Below, piece after piece: positions 18,888 to 29,406 of a stretch of 64,000 nt of DNA. Each line of letters begins with the position of its first letter. The stretch's first letter is position 1. Location: the NCBI GenBank assembly GCA_037441845.1, contig JBBIRK010000003.1, forward strand, positions 64,001 to 128,000, read 5' to 3'. The position numbers and the translations under genes were made by a program. This DNA is from Candidatus Zixiibacteriota bacterium (lineage in GTDB: Bacteria > Zixibacteria > MSB-5A5 > UBA10806 > 4484-95). The notes beneath the pieces were generated by a model. That model searched no databases. It saw nothing but the letters and a program-made list of their open reading frames with translations, and was not told the DNA's origin.

Positions 18888-19649
18888 ATGGCAAAACTTC
18901 TCGAATACGAAGCTGAAAGTCGCCTTTCATCGTTAAGCCTTCTATCGAAAATCGCTCTTGTTTTGGCGGCGACGATCGGGGTTATGTTCTGCGGCAGCCC
19001 GATGGGAATCGTTGCGGTTGCGGCCGCAGCCGGTGTTATCCTTTTGCTGTCCGGGGTCAAGCCCGGATTTTTCGCCAATTATTTTTTCAGGTTGTCTCCG
19101 ATTTTTCTTATCGTCTTTTTGATTCATTTGTTTTGTCACCAAGGCGACACGCTTTTCAAAATAGCCGGCTTGAAAGCCAGCTTCGCGGGAGCTGAGGCAG
19201 GGTTGCTGAACGTTTTCCGTCTAATCGATTTCATGCTCATAGCGATTCTTTTATTCCGCCATGTTTCGGCCGTCGAAATCGGCCGCAGTGTCGTGAGATT
19301 CGCCCAGCGCTTGAGGTTCAAGCCGCTTGAGGATTTGGCGATCGCCTTCTTCGTGGCCGTTCGTTTCATACCTCTGCTGGCGGTGGAGATCGCCGACGTG
19401 AAAACTGCCTTGCAGCTGCGCGGAGCCGAATTCTCTGGGGGACTTTTGGCAAAGATAAAATTCAATTTGAAAATCCTGATTCCGTTATTGGTTCGGGTAA
19501 TCCGCCAATCTTACGATGTGGGCACGGCGCTCGCGCTCAAAAGTTATCGGAATTGTTATTTCCCCGCAGCGACGCTCGGTTTGAGTGGAAAGGACCTGAT
19601 CTTGCTGCCGCTGGCGGTCACTTTGGCGCTCGTTCTTATCCGCCTATGA
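18888..19649 (+). CDS. ecfT: ECF transporter transmembrane component T (EcfT/CbiQ)
   Basis: AVRFIPLL..E...V..A...RG motif; precedes truA. Confidence 0.85.
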   Translation: MAKLLEYEAESRLSSLSLLSKIALVLAATIGVMFCGSPMGIVAVAAAAGVILLLSGVKPGFFANYFFRLSPIFLIVFLIHLFCHQGDTLFKIAGLKASFAGAEAGLLNVFRLIDFMLIAILLFRHVSAVEIGRSVVRFAQRLRFKPLEDLAIAFFVAVRFIPLLAVEIADVKTALQLRGAEFSGGLLAKIKFNLKILIPLLVRVIRQSYDVGTALALKSYRNCYFPAATLGLSGKDLILLPLAVTLALVLIRL

Positions 19650-20395
19650 ATAGATATCAATACAAGTTGATTATCGAATACGATGGCACCGATTTCTGCG
19701 GGTGGCAAGTGCAGCCCGGCAAAAGAACGGTTCAAGGAGAACTTGAAAGAGCGCTGTCCATAATCGCCGGATCGAAAGTAAAAACCTATGCCGCCGGACG
19801 AACCGACAGCGGGGTGCATGCCCGGATGCAAATCGCCACGTTTTTTCTCGAAAAATCCATATCCCCGCAGATTATCCATTCTCGTTTAGCAAGGATGCTC
19901 CCCAAAGATATGGCCGTCATAAGAACGACCAGAGCCAAACCGGGATTCAATCCGCGACGGGAGGCGACCCGTAGAACTTATCGCTACTATATAGCGGAGA
20001 CACCTGCTCCGTTGAAGCGAAGATACAGCTACTATTACGGACGGCCTTTGGATCTCGAAAAGCTCAATCGTTGCGCCGCCGTATTCGTGGGAGAACATGA
20101 TTTCGGTTTGCTTTGCAAGCGATCTTCCCGCAAGCCCAACAACGTCTGCATTATTTTCCGATCGCGATGGTTCCGCCGCTCGGGAATGTTATGCTATGAA
20201 GTCAGCGCCGATCGTTTTCTTCACAATATGGTCAGGCGTATCGTCGGTGTAATGCTCGCTTTTGAACGGTCAAAATTAAGCTTGACACAAATCGAAGCCA
20301 TCTTGAATAATAGTTTCGATGATCAGGTGAAATACAACGTTCCAGCGTGCGGTTTGATATTGCATGAAGTCAAATTCGGAAAGGTCGGAATATGA
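19646..20395 (+). CDS. truA: tRNA pseudouridine(38-40) synthase
   Basis: [28 protein letters not shown]. Confidence 0.96.
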   Translation: MNRYQYKLIIEYDGTDFCGWQVQPGKRTVQGELERALSIIAGSKVKTYAAGRTDSGVHARMQIATFFLEKSISPQIIHSRLARMLPKDMAVIRTTRAKPGFNPRREATRRTYRYYIAETPAPLKRRYSYYYGRPLDLEKLNRCAAVFVGEHDFGLLCKRSSRKPNNVCIIFRSRWFRRSGMLCYEVSADRFLHNMVRRIVGVMLAFERSKLSLTQIEAILNNSFDDQVKYNVPACGLILHEVKFGKVGI

Positions 20396-21039
20396 AAATC
20401 TTTATTGACACCGCCAATATCGATGAAATACGCCAGGCCGCCGATCTCGGTATCCTCGACGGGGTCACCACCAACCCCTCGCTGATTGCCAAGGAGAAAG
20501 GCAAGTTCAAAGATATTCTGCTTGCTATATGCGAGATCGTGGATGGGCCCGTTTCTGCTGAGGTGACCGCTCTTGATGTCGAGGGGATGATTGCCGAGGC
20601 CGAGGAATTGACCGCGATCCATAAAAATATCATAATCAAGGTCCCCGTCACCGTAGCCGGGCTGAAAGCGACCAGGCAGTTATCTCTCAAAGGTATAGAC
20701 GTCAATATGACACTCTGTTTCTCACCGTTGCAGGCTTTGCTGGCCGCCAAGGCCGGTGCCGCCTATATCTCGCCTTTCGTCGGTCGTCTCGATGATGTCA
20801 GCCACGACGGCATGGAGCTTATCGAGCAGATAGTCGATATTTACGACAATTACGGTTATGAAACGGAAGTCTTGGTCGCTTCGGTGAGGCACCCGATTCA
20901 TGTAGTGCAGGCGGCTCTGATCGGCGCGGATGTGGTCACCGTGCCCTTCAAGGTGATCGAACAATTCGTTCAACATCCGCTTACCGATGTCGGCCTAAAG
21001 AAATTTCTTTCTGATTGGGAAAAGGTTCGGAATCGTTAG
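20392..21039 (+). CDS. tal: transaldolase (short TalC/FSA-type family)
   Basis: [33 protein letters not shown]; the Phe and Glu at these positions favour transaldolase over FSA. Confidence 0.92.
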   Translation: MKIFIDTANIDEIRQAADLGILDGVTTNPSLIAKEKGKFKDILLAICEIVDGPVSAEVTALDVEGMIAEAEELTAIHKNIIIKVPVTVAGLKATRQLSLKGIDVNMTLCFSPLQALLAAKAGAAYISPFVGRLDDVSHDGMELIEQIVDIYDNYGYETEVLVASVRHPIHVVQAALIGADVVTVPFKVIEQFVQHPLTDVGLKKFLSDWEKVRNR

Positions 21040-22332
21040 ATGATTTCCCGTTATACGCTTCCCGAAATGGGGAAGCTCTGGAGCGAGAAAAATAAATTCT
21101 CGACCTGGCTGGAAATCGAACTGGCCGTCTGCGAAGCCTGGCACCGGCTCGGGAAAATTCCCCGTTCGGCGCTGATAACGATCAAAAAGAAAGCGCATTT
21201 CGATGCCGACCGGATAAACGAAATCGAGGCCGAAACCAGGCATGATGTCATAGCGTTCCTGACCAACCTGGCCGAATACGTAGGTCCGCAGGCAAAATAT
21301 ATACACTTTGGGTTGACCTCTTCGGACATTCTCGATATATCGCTATCTCTTACTATCCAGAAAGCGGCGAAACTTATTCGGACGAGAATGCGAAGGATCG
21401 CCGCGACCGCCAAACGGCTTGCCAGGCGCCACTCCAAAACGATTCAAATCGGTCGGACTCACGGGGTTCACGCCGAGCCCACGTCGTTCGGATTGAAGAT
21501 GGCTCTCTGGTATCAAGAAATGAAAAGAAATATCGATCGCCTCGATCGCGCCTGCGAAAATCTGGCCGTCGGCAAAATTTCGGGCGCGGTCGGCAATTTC
21601 GCCAATGTCGATCCCCGAGTGGAGGAATATGTTTGCCGCAAGTTCGGGTTGAAGCCTGCGCCGGTTTCCACCCAAATAATTCAGCGCGACCGTCACGCCG
21701 ATTTTCTGAACGTTCTGGCGGTGATCGGCGGCAGTCTCGAAAAATTCGCGACCGAAATCCGCAATTTACAGAGGACGGAAATCGGCGAATTGCAGGAGGG
21801 CTTTTCCGGCAAGCAAAAGGGATCCTCGGCCATGCCGCACAAGCGTAATCCTATAAATTGCGAGAGAATCGTCGGCCTCAGCCGGGTTTTGCGCGGAAAT
21901 GCGCTGGCCGGCATGGAAAATCAATGTCTCTGGCACGAACGCGATATCACTCATTCGTCGGCGGAAAGGATCATCATCGCAGACTCGTGCACCCTGATAG
22001 ATTATATGCTTTGGCTGTTCGAGGACGTGCTCGCCAATCTGGTGATAAATGTGCGCAAGATGCGTTCGAATCTATTCGCCGGCGGCGGACTGGTGTTCTC
22101 TCAGCGCCTGCTGCTTGCGCTGACCCCGAAAATGGAATCGCGGGAGCAAGCGTATAAGGTGGTGCAGACGCTGGCCATGAAAGCGATCGATGAAAATAAG
22201 GGATTCAAGGATCTCGTGCTCGAATCGCCTGAAATCCGCAAACTCCTTTCCGAAGATGAAATCGAAGATTGTTTTGATCTGGATTATTACACTAAACATG
22301 TGGACTTCATTCTCGAACGGGCGCTGCGCTGA
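21040..22332 (+). CDS. purB: adenylosuccinate lyase
   Basis: RHDVIAF, GRTHGVHAEP, GSSAMPHKRNP. Confidence 0.97.
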   Translation: MISRYTLPEMGKLWSEKNKFSTWLEIELAVCEAWHRLGKIPRSALITIKKKAHFDADRINEIEAETRHDVIAFLTNLAEYVGPQAKYIHFGLTSSDILDISLSLTIQKAAKLIRTRMRRIAATAKRLARRHSKTIQIGRTHGVHAEPTSFGLKMALWYQEMKRNIDRLDRACENLAVGKISGAVGNFANVDPRVEEYVCRKFGLKPAPVSTQIIQRDRHADFLNVLAVIGGSLEKFATEIRNLQRTEIGELQEGFSGKQKGSSAMPHKRNPINCERIVGLSRVLRGNALAGMENQCLWHERDITHSSAERIIIADSCTLIDYMLWLFEDVLANLVINVRKMRSNLFAGGGLVFSQRLLLALTPKMESREQAYKVVQTLAMKAIDENKGFKDLVLESPEIRKLLSEDEIEDCFDLDYYTKHVDFILERALR

Positions 22333-22952
22333 TGGATCGCGACGGATTGCTTTTCACGCTTCCTCTACTGGCCGTTTCGATTTTATGTTTCTACTTTTCG
22401 CAAAGCGGTCTCTATCTGCTGTTGGCTTATTGCGGCATACTTGCTTTTGTGGGGGCGGCCTTACTGGCTTTCTTTTTCAGAGACCCCGAGAGGAAAACGC
22501 CGTCGGATGCCGATTCGGTTTATTCACCAGCGGACGGCAGAATCATCGAAATCGTCGATGAAGACGGTCGGAAAAGGATTTCCATTTTTCTATCGATTTT
22601 CGATGTGCATATCAATCGGATTCCGATTTCGGGTAAAATAACCCGCATTGAACGCAAGCAAGGGAAGTTTCTGGCCGCATTCAAGGCCGAAGCATCGAAA
22701 GTGAACGAACAATCCGAGATCGAAATCGAATCCGATCACGGAACGGTTGTGGTCAGGCAAATCGCGGGGATTCTGGCAAGACGGGTGGTCTGCCGGCTCG
22801 AAATCGGACAGCAGGTGAAAGCCGGTGATCGATTAGGCCTAATAAGATTCGGCAGCCGCCTCGATATCATACTGCCGCCGACGGTCGAAACCAAGGTTTC
22901 ACTTAAACAAAAGGTCAAGGCGGGAATCACAATTATCGGCAGATTTCGATGA
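22332..22952 (+). CDS. psd: phosphatidylserine decarboxylase proenzyme
   Basis: FFRDPER, SPADG, DVHINR.P, FGSR self-cleavage motif. Confidence 0.94.
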   Translation: MDRDGLLFTLPLLAVSILCFYFSQSGLYLLLAYCGILAFVGAALLAFFFRDPERKTPSDADSVYSPADGRIIEIVDEDGRKRISIFLSIFDVHINRIPISGKITRIERKQGKFLAAFKAEASKVNEQSEIEIESDHGTVVVRQIAGILARRVVCRLEIGQQVKAGDRLGLIRFGSRLDIILPPTVETKVSLKQKVKAGITIIGRFR

Positions 22953-23713
22953 ACGGTTATCGCGGCGTCATACCGGGTGTATTCACGCTCGGGAACCTAT
23001 TCTGCGGTTTCGCATCGATTTTGACCTCGATCCGCGGTGCGCATCCGACCGAAGCCGCCTGGATGATCGTTTTCGCCGCATTTTTCGATTTTCTCGATGG
23101 ACTTGTTGCCCGGCTGGCCAAAAGCGCCTCGCGGTTCGGCGTCGAATTCGATTCGCTCTGTGATATCGTTTCGTTCGGCGTCGCTCCGGCCGCGATGCTG
23201 TATTCCTTTAAGATGGTGGAGCTGGGCAATTGGGGATGGGTGCTCGGTTTCGTCTTTATAACCGCAGGAACTTTTCGCTTGGCTCGTTTCAATCTCACGG
23301 CCAAATTGGAAACCAAAAGCAACTTCATCGGCTTGCCTTTGCCGGCGGCGTCTTTGGGCCTGGCCTCGTTCGTGATTTTCTGCGATAACCTCTGGGGAAG
23401 CATAAGGCTTGACAGCATCTTATATGTCATGGTAATCGCCTATTCCGCCCTGATGGTGTCCACGATCGAATACGAATCGATGCCGTCTTTCGATATCGCG
23501 GTATCTCGAAACCGCATTAAAATTCTATCTCTGGTCGCCATCAGTTTGCTTCTATTGATCAAGACCAAATTGATGCTATTTCCCGTCCTGGTCTTATATG
23601 CTCTTTCCGGTCCGGTCAGACTGATCGTGGGATTGATTAACAGCAACGTCCGGAGGGAACTTATTAGACCCAGAAACCTTTTCAAAAAAGACGATTCCCG
23701 GAAAGCGGGTTGA
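22949..23713 (+). CDS. pssA: CDP-diacylglycerol--serine O-phosphatidyltransferase
   Basis: D.LDG.VAR.....S.FG.EFDSL.D CDP-alcohol motif; RLARFN; adjacent to psd. Confidence 0.93.
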   Translation: MNGYRGVIPGVFTLGNLFCGFASILTSIRGAHPTEAAWMIVFAAFFDFLDGLVARLAKSASRFGVEFDSLCDIVSFGVAPAAMLYSFKMVELGNWGWVLGFVFITAGTFRLARFNLTAKLETKSNFIGLPLPAASLGLASFVIFCDNLWGSIRLDSILYVMVIAYSALMVSTIEYESMPSFDIAVSRNRIKILSLVAISLLLLIKTKLMLFPVLVLYALSGPVRLIVGLINSNVRRELIRPRNLFKKDDSRKAG

Positions 23714-23717
23714 TACG

Positions 23718-23969
23718 ATGAGCAAATTCAAAATCAGAGTCGAGGTCAGATTCAAGGAAGGGGTGCTCGACCCTCAAGGCGAAACGATCAAGAATGCGTT
23801 GGTTAACCTCGGTTATTCCGAGGTTGCCGCGGTTTCTACGGCCAAGCTGTTCATTCTGGAACTTACCGCCGATAGCGAAACCCGTGCGCTGCAAAAGGCG
23901 GGGGAGATGGCCGCCAAGCTTCTGGCCAACCCGGTGATCGAAAAATTTTCGGTGGAGCCGCAAAAATGA
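23718..23969 (+). CDS. purS: FGAM synthase subunit PurS
   Basis: [16 protein letters not shown]. Confidence 0.95.
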   Translation: MSKFKIRVEVRFKEGVLDPQGETIKNALVNLGYSEVAAVSTAKLFILELTADSETRALQKAGEMAAKLLANPVIEKFSVEPQK

Positions 23970-24652
23970 TGTATGGCATCGTGGTGTTTCCAGGATCGAA
24001 TTGCGATTATGACGCCTATCAGGCGATCAAATCGGCAGGACTCGGACAAACGAAATATCTCTGGCACGATAGCGCCGATTTGGAGGGGTGTGACCTGATA
24101 ATTCTGCCAGGGGGGTTTTCCTACGGCGATTATCTAAGGGCAGGCGCGATCGCCAGGTTTTCCCCAATAATGAAGGCGGTCGGCGAATTCGCCTCCAAGG
24201 GCGGGCCGGTAATCGGGATTTGCAACGGGTTCCAGGTGTTGCTCGAGGCAGGATTGCTCCCCGGAGCCATGAGGCGCAACAGCGGGCTGAGATTTATCTG
24301 CAAAGAAATTTATCTGAAAGCGGAGAACCGCGATTCCATTTTCACCAGAGGAATTCCTGCCGGCAAAATGTTGCGCATGCCTATCGCCCACGCCGAGGGC
24401 AACTATTATTGCGATGCCGAAACGTTAAATGGTCTGAATAAAAAAGGCCGAGTGGCTTTCCGTTATTGCAGTGCGGATGGACGAGTAGATTCCGACTCGA
24501 ATCCGAACGGCTCAACGGAAAACATCGCCGGCATTATAAACGATTGCGGAAACGTTCTCGGGCTCATGCCCCATCCCGAACGGGCTTGCGAGGCTTTGCT
24601 CGGCTCGACGGACGGCGCATTAATTTTCGAATCGATTAGGAAGGCGGGCTGA
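23966..24652 (+). CDS. purQ: FGAM synthase subunit PurQ
   Basis: [31 protein letters not shown]. Confidence 0.97.
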   Translation: MMYGIVVFPGSNCDYDAYQAIKSAGLGQTKYLWHDSADLEGCDLIILPGGFSYGDYLRAGAIARFSPIMKAVGEFASKGGPVIGICNGFQVLLEAGLLPGAMRRNSGLRFICKEIYLKAENRDSIFTRGIPAGKMLRMPIAHAEGNYYCDAETLNGLNKKGRVAFRYCSADGRVDSDSNPNGSTENIAGIINDCGNVLGLMPHPERACEALLGSTDGALIFESIRKAG

Positions 24653-24918
24653 TGAAACGAAGAGAAGTCATATTTCTTACTGTGGCTTTGATTCTTGCCG
24701 CGGTCTGCGGCGGGCTGATCGGCGAATTAGTGGGCTCATTTCTTCCCGATGGCGCAGTGAAAACGCTATTCGTGAAATCGATCGACATCGGCTTTTCGCC
24801 GGTCTCGGTGCAGTTGTATGCTTTAAGCTTCACTATCGGCTTGATGATAAAAATAAATTTCGTTTCCGTTTTGACGATAATCGGAGTTATTATATATTTC
24901 CGATGGTGGTATCTTTGA
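24652..24918 (+). CDS. small membrane protein (DUF4321-like)
   Basis: GGLIGEL.G..LP.G, IGF.P....L....FT.GL...IN pattern. Confidence 0.7.
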   Translation: MKRREVIFLTVALILAAVCGGLIGELVGSFLPDGAVKTLFVKSIDIGFSPVSVQLYALSFTIGLMIKINFVSVLTIIGVIIYFRWWYL

Positions 24919-24937
24919 TACCGGAAAGAAGGTGAAT

Positions 24938-25183
24938 ATGTCAAATATATTGTTGCTCGGATCGGTCGGCCCGACCGAGATAATCGTCATTCTCCTGCTG
25001 GTTTTGCTTCTGTTCGGAGCCAAACGAATCCCCGAAATAGCCCAAAGTCTCGGCAAGGGAATCCGCGAATTCAAGCGCTCGATGCGGGAAATCGAAACCG
25101 AAATCGAGGCTCCTCCGCCCAAGATTACGAATGGAGGTTCCACCGGGCAGGCCGATAAGAAAGATGAAAAGCCCCGAGGATAA
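24938..25183 (+). CDS. tatA: twin-arginine translocase TatA
   Basis: G..EII.I...LLFGAKRIPEIA.SLGKGIREFK. Confidence 0.95.
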   Translation: MSNILLLGSVGPTEIIVILLLVLLLFGAKRIPEIAQSLGKGIREFKRSMREIETEIEAPPPKITNGGSTGQADKKDEKPRG

Positions 25184-25643
25184 GGAAAAGCCGGTCTTCA
25201 CCGACGCCGATATCAAGTCGATCGCGAAGGTGCTGAACAACGCCGAATCCGTTCGTTATCCGGATCACTGGCGGATAAAGCTGGCCAATCCCCGCGAAAA
25301 GCGCCACATAGCTATCGATGTTTATCCATCGGCGGCTCTCTCGGAGAAAACCAGAGGGCCGCTGATCGTCGTTTATGCGGGCAACAGCCATCTACAGCTT
25401 CATGATTGCCGCGGCTATGTGATTTCCGAGGAGCTCGGGGAGGTTACGTTTGTCAGCGAGGCAGGTGGTAAGGTAAGTGGGTTGGTAATCGAACGGGAAT
25501 GCGCCTGTTCGCTTTATGCCGATGCCGAACGCAAACTGCTGTCCGGTGATTTCACCAAGCTCGGCGTCGAGGTAATGTTGTCGGGGGTAGCCCTCTCTCT
25601 GGCCGAGGAGTTGCTGGATAAAAGCCGGCGTAAAAAACTATAA
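25164..25643 (+). CDS. hypothetical protein
   Basis: ORF overlapping the end of tatA, plausible composition; no family recognised. Confidence 0.65.
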   Translation: MKSPEDKEKPVFTDADIKSIAKVLNNAESVRYPDHWRIKLANPREKRHIAIDVYPSAALSEKTRGPLIVVYAGNSHLQLHDCRGYVISEELGEVTFVSEAGGKVSGLVIERECACSLYADAERKLLSGDFTKLGVEVMLSGVALSLAEELLDKSRRKKL

Positions 25644-25873
25644 ATCAATATACCGCAACTTGAACCGCAAAGCACCAATCTGAACATAACGCGATAAACA
25701 ACATGAACTTGCCGATATCGTCGGAAGCGATAGTCAGCGCCCGAATTTCTTATATCAATTCTCCGAATGTCAACATAGCGCTTGTTTTTTTGGAAAACAG
25801 GAATTTATTATGGCTGAAAGCCGCTATTGTGAATGTTGCCTAAGCGGCCAATCAATACGAAGCGAGGTTGGCG

Positions 25874-26248
25874 ATGGTCCAGGAATTTCCATACTCGAAA
25901 ACTGTAATAGAACATTTTACCAACCCCCGCAACATGGGGGAAATGGACAACCCCACGGTTGTGGCGGAAGTCGGCAGCCAGGTTTGCGGCGATATGATGC
26001 GGCTGTATCTCAAAATCGATAACGGCGTTATCACCGACGCCAAATTCAAAACGTTCGGATGCGCAGCCGCAATCGCTTCGTCATCGATTTTAACCGAAAT
26101 GCTGATCGGCAAGACGATCGAGGAAGCTCTGAAAATTACGAACGGCGCCGTCGCCCAGGCTCTGGGAGGTCTTCCCGAGGCCAAAGTCCACTGCTCGGTC
26201 ATGGCCGAGGATGCTCTGAAAGCGGCCTTGAAAGATTGGAAAGGTTGA
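25874..26248 (+). CDS. iscU: Fe-S cluster scaffold IscU/NifU-N
   Basis: YS..V.EHF.NPRN.G, CGD, FGCAAAIASSS, LP..KVHCS. Confidence 0.93.
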   Translation: MVQEFPYSKTVIEHFTNPRNMGEMDNPTVVAEVGSQVCGDMMRLYLKIDNGVITDAKFKTFGCAAAIASSSILTEMLIGKTIEEALKITNGAVAQALGGLPEAKVHCSVMAEDALKAALKDWKG

Positions 26249-26398
26249 GCTGTCAGGTGGCTCGATAGGCCAACCTTCCGGCAGCCGTGCAATCGCAAAA
26301 TCAAAGAATTATTCCGATGTCGAACCGATTTCCAAATACCTACTTGATCGACGCCTGATGCCCGGCAACATTTTTTCGATTTAAGGAGTTCATCAATA

Positions 26399-27496
26399 GT
26401 GATGGTAAATTATAATATCGCAAATCTTCCCGACGAATACCGCACCGCCAGCGAAGAGGAATTGAGACGGCGAATCGCCGCCAAAAAGCGCGAATACGGC
26501 AACCGATTACTGATACTTACTCATCACTACCAGCGATTGGAGGTTGTGGAATTTCATGATCTTCTCGGCGATTCCTATGGTTTGGCGATGGCCGCGGCGC
26601 GCCAGGCGAAGGCCGAAATGATCGTGTTCTGCGGAGTCAGGTTCATGGCTGAGGCCGCCGACATACTGACCGCGCCCAATCAGAACGTTTATCTGGCGAA
26701 TCCCACCGCAGGTTGCCCTATGGCGGATATGGCCGATACGGATGATGTCCTCGATTCCTGGGAATATATCGAATCGGTGATCGGCAAAGGCAAGGTGATG
26801 CCGTTATCCTATATGAATTCCACCTCGGAACTGAAAGCGTTCACCGGCAGAAACGGTGGATTGATCTGCACTTCGTCGAACGCCTCGGCCGCATTCGACT
26901 ATTGCCGGGCTCGGAGGGACGTACTTTTCTTCTTCCCGGATCGCCATTTGGGAAGGAACACGGCCAAGATGAAGGGGATTCCCCCGGAGAAGATCGTCGT
27001 CTACGATCCGCGCCAACCTTATGGTGGTCTTTCTGAACAAGATTTACGGCGGGCAGAAATAATCCTATGGGCGGGGCACTGCCACGTTCACACCAATTTC
27101 ACCGCCGAACAAGTGGAAAGAGTCCGCCGCCAGTATCCCAACGTAACTGTGGTGGTCCACCCGGAATGCGACGAGAGCGTCGTCGATATCGCCGATTCGG
27201 TGGGATCGACTTCGCATATCGTGAAATTCGTGGAGCAGGCTCCGCCGGGCTCGGTGATCGCAGTGGGCACGGAAATCAATCTCGTTCACAGGCTGGCTGT
27301 CACCAATCCCGATAAAAAGGTGATCGGTCTGGCGGGCGACCTGTGCGCGATGTGTTCCAATATGTTCCGCACCTCTTTGAACGACCTCTGCTTTACTCTC
27401 GAAAATCCGGAAATGGCCGAATTAATAAAAGTGCCCGAGGAAATCGCCGGAGACGCCAGAATAGCGCTCGAGAGGATGCTCGAGGTCGGCACTTGA
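26399..27496 (+). CDS. nadA: quinolinate synthase
   Basis: HHYQR.EV, GDS, FCGV.FMAE, AGC.MA, C.VH..F, HPEC, GST, C..M. Confidence 0.96.
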   Translation: MMVNYNIANLPDEYRTASEEELRRRIAAKKREYGNRLLILTHHYQRLEVVEFHDLLGDSYGLAMAAARQAKAEMIVFCGVRFMAEAADILTAPNQNVYLANPTAGCPMADMADTDDVLDSWEYIESVIGKGKVMPLSYMNSTSELKAFTGRNGGLICTSSNASAAFDYCRARRDVLFFFPDRHLGRNTAKMKGIPPEKIVVYDPRQPYGGLSEQDLRRAEIILWAGHCHVHTNFTAEQVERVRRQYPNVTVVVHPECDESVVDIADSVGSTSHIVKFVEQAPPGSVIAVGTEINLVHRLAVTNPDKKVIGLAGDLCAMCSNMFRTSLNDLCFTLENPEMAELIKVPEEIAGDARIALERMLEVGT

Positions 27497-27559
27497 AAAT
27501 TCGATTTCTCCGTGATTAAATTCAGGCCCATTCTTATTATGGCTTGATTCATCGGGCGG

Positions 27560-28909
27560 ATGCCGCCTATGAAAAGATCCAACTTAGCCAACGGAATCAT
27601 CGGAGCCGGTGTCGGTATCGCCGCCTATTTATTGCCGCTGCCCGGTATCGGAGAGGCCGCCCATAGGTGCTTGGCGATTTTCGCGTGGGCGATTTTCATG
27701 TGGGTGTCGGAGGCGCTGCCGCTTTTCGTCACCGCTTTGGCGATACTCTTCCTCGAATCGCTGCTTCTGAAACCGGTGATGAATGTTTCGCTCGAACGGT
27801 TTTTCTCGCCTTTCTTCTCGAGCACGATCGCCCTTTTCATGGGCGGATTGGTGCTGGCTGATACGCTGCAAAAATACCACATGGATGAAATGCTCGCCCA
27901 CAGACTGCTGAAACGGGCCGGTAAGAAGCCTGCCTCGCTGCTATTGATGATGATTTTAACGACCGCTTTTATTTCCATGTGGATGTCAAATACGGCAGCC
28001 ACGGCGATGATGATGGCCATTGCAATCTCGGTTACCAAAAATATCCCCGCCGATGATCCTTTCCGCAAGTCGATGATTCTCGGTATACCGGTCGCAGCCA
28101 ATATCGGCGGTATCGGCACGCCCGTGGGAACGCCGCCGAACGCGGTGGCGCTGCAATTTCTCAATCGAATGGGAACCCAGGTTTCGTTCGTCAAGTGGAT
28201 GATCATAACCGTTCCCATAATGGTCGTGCTATTGATCGTCTCATGGCGTTTATTGCTTCGTTTTTTCCCTCCCCGTAATCAAACCATCCACTTGCCGCTG
28301 CTGACAGGAGAAAATCTCGATATGCGGCAGAAATCGGTGCTGATGATATTCGGAATCACCGTATTACTGTGGTTTACCGAGCCCTGGCATGGCTTGAAAT
28401 CGGGGGTGGTGGCGCTGTTTCCGGTGATTTTGATATTCGGCGGGAATCTGCTTAATCCGGGCGAATTTCGCAAGATCGAGTGGGATATTCTGTTTCTGCT
28501 CGGCGGAGGGATGACTCTCGGAACAGCCATCGAAGATTCCGGTCTGTCGAAATATGTAATCGGCACCCTGAGTCTCGACGGAGTATCGCCCTATTTGCTT
28601 TTTATGGTGCTGACCTCTTTCACGGTATTATTGAGCACTTTCATTTCCCATACGAGCGCCGCCAATATACTTATCCCGATGACCGCCGGTCTTCAGCAGG
28701 TTTCCGGCGGTATAATAAGCCTCGGTATCGGGTTGGCCTCGTCGCTGGCCATGAGTCTGCCGATCTCGACTCCTCCGAACGCCATCGCTTTCGGAAGCGG
28801 CCAGATTTCGATCAAAGAGATGTTCAAAATAGGCCTGATAATCGGCCTGTTGGGACTTGCCCTTTTGGCAAGCGCAGGATACCTATGGTTCAAGCTATTC
28901 AAATTGTAG
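27560..28909 (+). CDS. DASS/SLC13 sodium:anion symporter
   Basis: SMWMSNTA, GG.GTPVGTPPN, SHTSAA, LPISTPPNA. Confidence 0.92.
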   Translation: MPPMKRSNLANGIIGAGVGIAAYLLPLPGIGEAAHRCLAIFAWAIFMWVSEALPLFVTALAILFLESLLLKPVMNVSLERFFSPFFSSTIALFMGGLVLADTLQKYHMDEMLAHRLLKRAGKKPASLLLMMILTTAFISMWMSNTAATAMMMAIAISVTKNIPADDPFRKSMILGIPVAANIGGIGTPVGTPPNAVALQFLNRMGTQVSFVKWMIITVPIMVVLLIVSWRLLLRFFPPRNQTIHLPLLTGENLDMRQKSVLMIFGITVLLWFTEPWHGLKSGVVALFPVILIFGGNLLNPGEFRKIEWDILFLLGGGMTLGTAIEDSGLSKYVIGTLSLDGVSPYLLFMVLTSFTVLLSTFISHTSAANILIPMTAGLQQVSGGIISLGIGLASSLAMSLPISTPPNAIAFGSGQISIKEMFKIGLIIGLLGLALLASAGYLWFKLFKL

Positions 28910-28918
28910 GGGAAGGTT

Positions 28919-29275
28919 ATGGAGTGTAAAATAAAACGGGAAAAATGCCCGCATTGCCATTCCGATAAACACCATAACTACGTGGTGTTCGGAAAAAATC
29001 GAAAAATTACGGTATATGTCGAATGCGCGGAATGTCATATTCTCGTAGCCCGTTATTCTTTGGAACAATACATAGACCCCAACGCGCCGTTCGAATCGTT
29101 TCTCAAGCAGATCCGCGATAACCGCACGGAATCGGGCCGCAAAATGCTGAATAATATCCAAGCTTATCGCGCAGATCTTACCGAGGAATTCGCAAATCTC
29201 AAACAAGAATGGAAAAACCATCCGGAAACCCGCCGCATATACGAGATTCTCGATGACGACAGTTGGGGATATTAG
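28919..29275 (+). CDS. hypothetical protein with zinc-ribbon-like CxxC...CxxC
   Basis: CPHC...CAEC; RBS GGAAGG; 9 nt after the transporter gene. Confidence 0.7.
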   Translation: MECKIKREKCPHCHSDKHHNYVVFGKNRKITVYVECAECHILVARYSLEQYIDPNAPFESFLKQIRDNRTESGRKMLNNIQAYRADLTEEFANLKQEWKNHPETRRIYEILDDDSWGY

Positions 29276-29356
29276 TTCATATAAATTTTATAATATTATG
29301 CAATATAAACGGTTACGTCAACATAGACCGGCCAAGTAAATTTTTTTCAAAAAATA

Positions 29357-29386
29357 CTTTACTATTTTGTAAAGATTTCGTATAAT
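29357..29386 (+). promoter_or_regulatory. suf operon promoter with overlapping inverted repeat (putative Rrf2 operator)
   Basis: TTTACT (29358-63)-17 nt-TATAAT (29381-86); CTTTAC-N6-GTAAAG at 29357-29374. Confidence 0.6.
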
Positions 29387-29406
29387 AAACCGAAAGGTTG
29401 AAAGCG

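Noticed and set aside
26246..26350. UGA read-through of iscU
   Set aside because: The protein is already full length, the UGA does not align with a Cys, and the extension looks non-coding
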